Shown: one piece after another, positions 58,147-64,000 of the stretch | How the letters are laid out: each line of letters opens with the position of its first letter | How positions within the stretch are numbered: position 1 is the first letter of the stretch | Program-made: the position numbers and the translations under genes | Origin: an uncultured delta proteobacterium | Lineage (GTDB): Bacteria; Desulfobacterota; Desulfobacteria; Desulfobacterales; JAFDCJ01 | Direction of reading: 5' to 3' | Assembly: GCA_963769935.1 (NCBI GenBank) | Contig: CAVYNY010000022.1 | Coordinates: forward strand, 512,001-576,000 | DNA length: 64,000 bases | Notes under the pieces: generated by a model | Told to the model about the DNA's origin: nothing | What the model saw: only the letters and a program-made list of their open reading frames with translations | The model's database searches: none

Positions 58147-60678
58147 AGTGCGGATCTCATTCTTGGCTGATTCGATCCAGCCGAGCGTTCGTCGGACCTG
58201 CGCGGCGTGGCGCGGCTCTTCCGACAGATCGGTAAACAACTTTTGTCGCTTGCCGATTTCGTCCAGCAGGACGAGATCCTCCTGCTGACCGATGCGCCCC
58301 AAGGTTCGAAATAAAACGGTCAAATGTTGCAGGAGACCTGGTATATATTGCCGGCTGGCCCCGAGTTGGTAGACTTTGGCGGCCGGATCGCCATAATCGT
58401 TGAGGGCGCCCCGGATCACGGCAGCAGCCGTTTTGCCGCCGATGAGTGCCAGAAACATATGCACCTCGCGTTCAAGCGCCAGCAAAAATCGAATCGGAAA
58501 CGAATTTTCATCCGATCCGTCCAGTTCAAACGACGTTAAAAGCTTTTTACGGATGGTAATAACCTTTTCGATAAATTTCTTTTGCTCGCCGTTCACCTTC
58601 CATGCGGCGTAGTGGGTTACGCTTTTATCCAGTCCGACCTGCACCCGCAGAACTTCTTCCGGCGTGATTTCGATATCCATGTTGAGCTCTTGGTTGTAGG
58701 TGCGCAGGAATTGGGTCGCCAGCATCATCGCATTGCGGTCCGGATAGGTTACCCCGGCGGGATCGAGTAGAAAGTCGGAAATCAGGGTCTTGATTGCCTG
58801 CTTGGGTTGCTGAATTTCTTTTAACAACAGCTGCAGCGAATTTAGAAACGGCAGACGATTACTGCGCCGCGGTGTTTCTCTCAGAAATTCCCACAATATA
58901 TCAAATATCCGCTTTGGGTAGCGGGCAAATTCGGAAATGTTTTTCTCGAATAGGGCCCTTTGGAAGTTTCCCTGGCGATCAAAACACAGTTTAAAGATTT
59001 TGGTGATCTCTTCCGCTTCCTTATTCGGAATGTTAAAGGCCTTGGACAAGCGGTCGACATCCTGGGCTGTGAATTCCGCATCCGGCCGGAAGGCAGCCCT
59101 TGCTTTTTTTCTCGTATTGGATCGCTCTTTGGATGATTCGATGATGTTTACGAGATTCTCATTCGCCTTGCCGATGATTTTTTCGTCTTCTCCATCCCAG
59201 ATCTTGATTTCATCATCCTGCACTACCAGATCTTCAAGAACTTCGGCCGGTATCTGATCTACCCCGGTCTGGATTTTCTTAATGACCTGCTGTGCAAACT
59301 CTTTGCTGCCACTTTTCTGCAAAGACGACAAAAGATCGGTAAGCAGATGGAGTCGATCTTCCAGGCCTTCCATTTCCAGCTGGCTGTAATCATTGCTGAA
59401 AATGGTGTGCATGACCCGTGCACCGGTTTCAGGAGAGCCGCTGTAGGTGTCCTTCACGAATCTGGCGATACTCGCTTTCAGGACTGTCGGATCCGTTGCC
59501 CCGGTGGGGCGAGGGTCAATACCGCCGCCTTCGCCATTGACCACGCCGACGCCCTGGCCGGCGTCCCCGTCAGAAACAACGCCGGCAGCAAGGCCGCCTC
59601 CGTCATCAGCTACAAGTCCGGTGCCCTGGTTGCCGGCCCCGTAAGCTGCAAGCCCGCTGCCTTGGCTGCCGCCCCGCTCAAGTGCAACGCCGGCGCCCTG
59701 GCCACCACTCCCGCCCTGGTCCACGCCGGTTGCCCGGCCGGCGGCGGATGGTCCGCCGCGTCCACCCCGGCCGCTGCCGATGCTTGCAGCACCTGTTTGG
59801 GCAGCACCCGTCTGAGAGGGTCTTTCGCTGTTGACCTCGATCGGAGGCCTCGCCAGTTTCTGGCGCAGGCTTTTGATATTGAAAATAGTTTTATAAACAT
59901 TGCCACTTCGCAGACCGGTTGGGGCCAAATCCGGCCGGTTCCTCAGGGTCGAGACTTTTTGAACCATTTCCTGCATGCTAGCCGGACCGATGTCATTTAA
60001 GGCGGCCAACATGGTCAGATTGGGATCCGGTTGTTGATATTCATTTAAAATCGCCGTTATGGTGCGCTTGCCGGCGCCGGTGGCAATTTCAATGGGGGCG
60101 TCATCTGAGACCGCTTTCTTGTACCGGGAGATGATGCGCAGGCAAATATGCATTCTTTCCAGTTCGGCATCGGATGAACCTGGAATTTTAATAGAAATCG
60201 TTTCGATACCCTGGGTTGAAAGCACTTCAAAGGCTTTAATCAATCGCCCCTCTATATGTTTGAGTCGGATTCCCATGCGCTTGATGACGGCAGCGGTGGC
60301 AGCGGCATCCACATTCAGATCGCCGAAGCGAATGACATAATCGGCCTTCGAAGACACTTTGGCGCTATGGGAACCGCGGTAAAGTATTCTGACAAGACCG
60401 TCGTGGCCGGGCATCTGATTGAGGTCGCGCAGAATATTGACGAGATTTTTGAAGGTGTCTTTCTCCGCCTTGACGCCTTCCCAATAGTGTGCGTCGCGAA
60501 ACGAGGCGTTGAGCAGGTAAACCAGATCGACTAAAAGAATACGCCATTGATCCTTTTTTTCCGTCGATGGCAGATTCACACCGGTTTGGTTGACGGGTTT
60601 CACCACGGCCGGCGTTGCCCCCGCACCAGACCCCAAGCCGCCCAGTTCTTCAAGAAGTTGATCAGTTGAATCGTTCAT
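58132..60678 (-). CDS. 848-aa hypothetical protein with Gly-rich central insert
   Basis: Long intact ORF; mostly helical; five 12-aa Gly-rich repeats. Confidence 0.85.
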   Translation of the reverse strand: MNDSTDQLLEELGGLGSGAGATPAVVKPVNQTGVNLPSTEKKDQWRILLVDLVYLLNASFRDAHYWEGVKAEKDTFKNLVNILRDLNQMPGHDGLVRILYRGSHSAKVSSKADYVIRFGDLNVDAAATAAVIKRMGIRLKHIEGRLIKAFEVLSTQGIETISIKIPGSSDAELERMHICLRIISRYKKAVSDDAPIEIATGAGKRTITAILNEYQQPDPNLTMLAALNDIGPASMQEMVQKVSTLRNRPDLAPTGLRSGNVYKTIFNIKSLRQKLARPPIEVNSERPSQTGAAQTGAASIGSGRGGRGGPSAAGRATGVDQGGSGGQGAGVALERGGSQGSGLAAYGAGNQGTGLVADDGGGLAAGVVSDGDAGQGVGVVNGEGGGIDPRPTGATDPTVLKASIARFVKDTYSGSPETGARVMHTIFSNDYSQLEMEGLEDRLHLLTDLLSSLQKSGSKEFAQQVIKKIQTGVDQIPAEVLEDLVVQDDEIKIWDGEDEKIIGKANENLVNIIESSKERSNTRKKARAAFRPDAEFTAQDVDRLSKAFNIPNKEAEEITKIFKLCFDRQGNFQRALFEKNISEFARYPKRIFDILWEFLRETPRRSNRLPFLNSLQLLLKEIQQPKQAIKTLISDFLLDPAGVTYPDRNAMMLATQFLRTYNQELNMDIEITPEEVLRVQVGLDKSVTHYAAWKVNGEQKKFIEKVITIRKKLLTSFELDGSDENSFPIRFLLALEREVHMFLALIGGKTAAAVIRGALNDYGDPAAKVYQLGASRQYIPGLLQHLTVLFRTLGRIGQQEDLVLLDEIGKRQKLFTDLSEEPRHAAQVRRTLGWIESAKNEIRTRNVE

Positions 60679-60930
60679 CCGGAGCCCAATCCATTTTGTA
60701 AAATTTCAGGCCTAAATTTGGCGTCTTTATTTACCTGCTCAAGATTTCATTACCCCGGAAGCCGCTTGGAGTGCTTTAAAACATTTTGTCCTACAATCGC
60801 AGTGGGTTTTGAAACCATCCCGGCTACAATAAGCATAGTTGAATATAGCCCCAGTGTCAATCACGCAGGATAATATAGCTCAGGCAGTTTCGCCTAAGAT
60901 CTTGATAAATAAGAATTCCTGGAAATGAAT

Positions 60931-61761
60931 TTACCTGCCTTTCAACACATCGATCATGGTAAAAACTTTGCCCCGGGCACCTGCTTTTACTTTCTCGAAG
61001 AGAAATAAAAGGGCATTCAGCGTGCCCCGGGCATAAATTTCGCGGCCGTTGATGTTGTGGGTGAATTCGAATCGAACCGTTTTGTCTTCTGAAACGAGGG
61101 TATAGGTATGCCAGCCATGGCCGGATAGATACGTTTGGCCTATGCCCAATTGTTTTTTTTGAATTTCGGGATCCCGGATTTTGATGATTTCATCCTCGGA
61201 AAATGACACGCCCAGTTGATTGAAATACCCGACCATGGCTTTGGCCGTGCCGCTGGTGTCGGCCTTGCCCTTTTGATGGCTCTCTTTGATTTCGAGGGTG
61301 TAGCCCTTAAATAAATCCGGAAATGACTCGGCCGCATATTCCATCATGGCTTGAAATCCGACAATCTGCGTGGCCATGTTGGGTGCCACAACGGCCGCAA
61401 TTGTCGATGATGTTATGGTTTCTGCAAGTTTTTGGCGATCCCCGCCGGTGGTGCCCATGACAAACGGCAATTCGGCGCGGCAATAAAATTCGGCATTAAG
61501 GTTGACCGCCGCGGGGTGGGTGAAGTCCACGCTCAGAAACGGACCGTGGTTTTGCTTAATATAATCGATGCGGGACGTTTTTTCTGCCGGCCTGATGAGC
61601 TCCACCGAATCCGATCCAATCGTGCATTCGGATTCCGTTATCTCCGGCCCGGTCAAAGAATAGGCAAGCAATTCAAATTGCGGGTCCTTTTGAATGTGAA
61701 GGGCCACAGTCCGGGCCACGTTTCCCGGCAGACCGTTGACCATGACGTTGATGGGGTTCAT
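60931..61761 (-). CDS. dapB: 4-hydroxy-tetrahydrodipicolinate reductase
   Basis: VDFTHP, VMGTTG, ESHQKGKADTSGTA. Confidence 0.92.
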   Translation of the reverse strand: MNPINVMVNGLPGNVARTVALHIQKDPQFELLAYSLTGPEITESECTIGSDSVELIRPAEKTSRIDYIKQNHGPFLSVDFTHPAAVNLNAEFYCRAELPFVMGTTGGDRQKLAETITSSTIAAVVAPNMATQIVGFQAMMEYAAESFPDLFKGYTLEIKESHQKGKADTSGTAKAMVGYFNQLGVSFSEDEIIKIRDPEIQKKQLGIGQTYLSGHGWHTYTLVSEDKTVRFEFTHNINGREIYARGTLNALLFLFEKVKAGARGKVFTMIDVLKGR

Positions 61762-61834
61762 GTGATACCTCCTCACTTATTATTTATTAAAATTAAAGCA
61801 GCAAGTTTTACATAAATCCGGGTAAAGCGGAAAA

Positions 61835-61960
61835 AAAATTCAAATCACAAATCACAAATCACAAACAATATCCAATGACCAAATTAACAAATTATTGCTT
61901 TCGGTCATTGAAGTTTCGAATTTTGAATTTATTTGGAATTTGGTGCTTGAGTTTTGTTTT
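61835..61960. repeat. (AAATCAC)n heptamers with a complementary TTTG-rich arm
   Basis: AAATCAC x3, CAATGACC..GGTCATTG inner inverted repeat, TTTGAAT/TTTGGAA/TTTGGTG. Confidence 0.65.
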
Positions 61961-62018
61961 TTTTGAAAAGAACACCCGCAAAATTTATAAGGCGTAAAAA
62001 TAGGCCCTGCCACGCCAG

Positions 62019-63722
62019 CTATGGTACCCTCATCCGTCTGCAGGCATCCTCGACCACCCCGGTCAACCCCGGAAATTCTTTGGAATCGTTCGCTTTGAGA
62101 TTTGATCTGAGGGTTTTCAAGGCTGCCGGTATGTATTTTTCGAATTGCTTTTTACCCTGAACCCGGCTCAAATTGGCAAAGGCACCGAGAATCTGCAGGT
62201 TGCGGGTTAACGTGCAATAATGATAGCAGTCCCGGAATTGATCGGGATCCACCGGAGCCGCTGCCGACAGCATCTTAAGACCGTCTTCCAGCAGCCGGGT
62301 TTGAATGGCTCGCGGCAAGTCCACGTAGGGGTCGATCAGCAGGGAAGCCAGATCATATTGGATCGGCCCGATGCGCCCTCCCTGGAAGTCGATAAAGTAA
62401 ATCCGGCGATCTTTGACCATGATGTTGCGGGATTGCATGTCGCGGTGCATAAACCCGCAGGATGGATGCCGTAGTGCTTTGTCGGCCAACGCTTTAAACT
62501 CAGACTCAAGATCTTCGAAACGTATCCCGGACCCGACATAGCCGTTTAGAAATGCTTCCAAAAAATACCGGCATTCTTTTTCAAGTATCAGCTTATGATC
62601 GTATTCGGAAGTTTGATACGTCCAGCTTCGGTCAAACTTGACGGCACCCTGCCGGGAAAGCCGAATTATTTGAGCAATGACGGATTGGTACAGCCGGATC
62701 ACCCGTGAGGAGTCGGCGGTTGATTGAACAACCTGCTGCAGGTGATCATCACCTAAATCTTCCAGGAAAACCAGGCCGCTGAATGTATCGTAAAAATAAA
62801 TTTTCGGCACGGGCACCTGCTGACGGTAAAGATGCCGTCCCAGATGAACAAAGGCATCGACTTCAGTGGTCATCCGGGTTTGCCGGATGCCGTGATCGAC
62901 CATGATCAGGGAGCCGCGGTCGGATTTCAACCGATACCATTGCCTCTGTGAGCCGTCACCTTTGAGCTTCACCCGGTCGGCCTGCCGCCGGCTGGAATCG
63001 GCAAAGGCCTGTTCAAAGGCCAGCGGCACCGCCTTTTTAATAGCTGCCTGCCGGTATCGTTCGGGGGATCCGATATCCTGCCAACTGCTTTTAGGGATTA
63101 TGACCGCCCTGAGCTTTTTGCCGTCGGCCAACATGGCCCTGAACGCATCGATGCTGCTGAAAGGTGTGTTAGCCGGTATATAATCCAAAACTTCCGGCTC
63201 CAGTACCTGCACCCCGGTAAATGTGAACAGGCTACCGGGCGTTCGGCCGCTATCTCCGGAGGGAGGGGCAAATCCCGTAATCCATTGATTTTGTTCAACG
63301 ACCACACTGTTAAATGTGGGATCATCGCAGAGAACCAGTGTGCCGGCGGGATGATGCCGGCAATGCGCACGATAAATTTCTGCCAGATCAACATCGGCAA
63401 TGATGTCGGCATTGATGACCAGCAAAGGTTGATCGTCCCAAAAGTCAGCCACGTTTTTTAGGGCGCCGCCGGTGCCCAGGATTTGTGGTTCATAGCGGGT
63501 GGCGATCTCGAGGCGATAATTCCGGGAGGCAATAAAGGCCTCAATCTGATGATGCAAATGATGGGTGTTGATGATCACGGCCCGGCAGCCGGCTTTTTGA
63601 AGCCTGCCGATGATCACATCCAGCAACGGGTGACCGCCGATGGAGAACAAGGGTTTGGGCGTATGGTCGGTATAGGGCCGCAGACGAGTTCCGTAGCCGG
63701 CGGCCAGTATCATTGCTTTCAT
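62019..63722 (-). CDS. Nucleotidyltransferase - APH-type sugar kinase fusion (MurU-AmgK-like)
   Basis: ILAAGYGTRLRP..PKPL; then GDGSQRQWYR, LEDLGD, HRDMQSRNI, IDFQG, YDLASLL. Confidence 0.85.
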   Translation of the reverse strand: MKAMILAAGYGTRLRPYTDHTPKPLFSIGGHPLLDVIIGRLQKAGCRAVIINTHHLHHQIEAFIASRNYRLEIATRYEPQILGTGGALKNVADFWDDQPLLVINADIIADVDLAEIYRAHCRHHPAGTLVLCDDPTFNSVVVEQNQWITGFAPPSGDSGRTPGSLFTFTGVQVLEPEVLDYIPANTPFSSIDAFRAMLADGKKLRAVIIPKSSWQDIGSPERYRQAAIKKAVPLAFEQAFADSSRRQADRVKLKGDGSQRQWYRLKSDRGSLIMVDHGIRQTRMTTEVDAFVHLGRHLYRQQVPVPKIYFYDTFSGLVFLEDLGDDHLQQVVQSTADSSRVIRLYQSVIAQIIRLSRQGAVKFDRSWTYQTSEYDHKLILEKECRYFLEAFLNGYVGSGIRFEDLESEFKALADKALRHPSCGFMHRDMQSRNIMVKDRRIYFIDFQGGRIGPIQYDLASLLIDPYVDLPRAIQTRLLEDGLKMLSAAAPVDPDQFRDCYHYCTLTRNLQILGAFANLSRVQGKKQFEKYIPAALKTLRSNLKANDSKEFPGLTGVVEDACRRMRVP

Positions 63723-64000
63723 GGCTGTAAAAGTTTCAAGGCTTTTTGGATGGCGTTCGCATAAACTTCGATTTTTTCCGAGTTTTCGGATCCTTTTATT
63801 CCTTTGCTGGTGAAAAATTCAACGGCATTCTGATAGCTGACCTTGGACAGCGCTTCTTTGCGTTCGATTTCCTTGCGTTTATACATACGATTTCCCCGAG
63901 CCTCGATTTTATTGAGCCGGTCCTTGGTCTTAACCGATTCTTGCGGATTGCGCATGTAGTAGTTGATTGCGATCCAGTATGACTCCAGAAAGGTTTTAAG
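63719..64000 (-). CDS. C-terminal end of a gene entering from the right, possibly PlsB-like acyltransferase
   Basis: Open frame LKTFLESYWI..EALSKVSYQNAV; stop overlaps the next start. Confidence 0.45.
   Translation of the reverse strand, partial: LKTFLESYWIAINYYMRNPQESVKTKDRLNKIEARGNRMYKRKEIERKEALSKVSYQNAVEFFTSKGIKGSENSEKIEVYANAIQKALKLLQP

Overview
64 kb from a sulfate-reducer-like deltaproteobacterium (Desulfobacterales-like, inferred from protein style and gene order). Many 1-bp frameshifts in otherwise intact genes (dctP, dctM, ydiK, PIG-L, DUF39, intron RT) suggest an error-prone long-read assembly, so pseudogene calls are provisional. 1-9 kb: GntR-regulated TRAP transporter operon, cardiolipin synthase, glycogen phosphorylase. 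About 9.2-40.4 kb: accessory region ending at the 3' end of tRNA-Leu(GAG). It holds an HExxH metallopeptidase paired with a 1770-aa beta-rich orphan; a multi-TIR gene coupled to an nSTAND1 NTPase-TM-pentapeptide gene; a 3'-truncated group II intron whose RT runs into a TIR-TM-WD40-like gene; an L,D-transpeptidase / long Lpp-like lipoprotein / DpaA-like trio; many gene fragments; and a small att-bounded remnant with HicBA. 40.5-64 kb: core genes (secG, tpiA, gap, rimI, PTS-Ntr/rpoN, lptC, kdsC, kdsA, recA, alaS, dapB, MurU-AmgK fusion) with intergenic gaps full of 7-9-mer tandem repeats. Two copies of a 156-bp MITE with TAA target duplications are present. Best candidates for undescribed systems: the TIR + STAND-TM-pentapeptide pair, the peptidase + giant-protein pair, the Lpp attach/detach module and the RT-TIR junction. 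All functional claims are inference from motifs; no searches were run.
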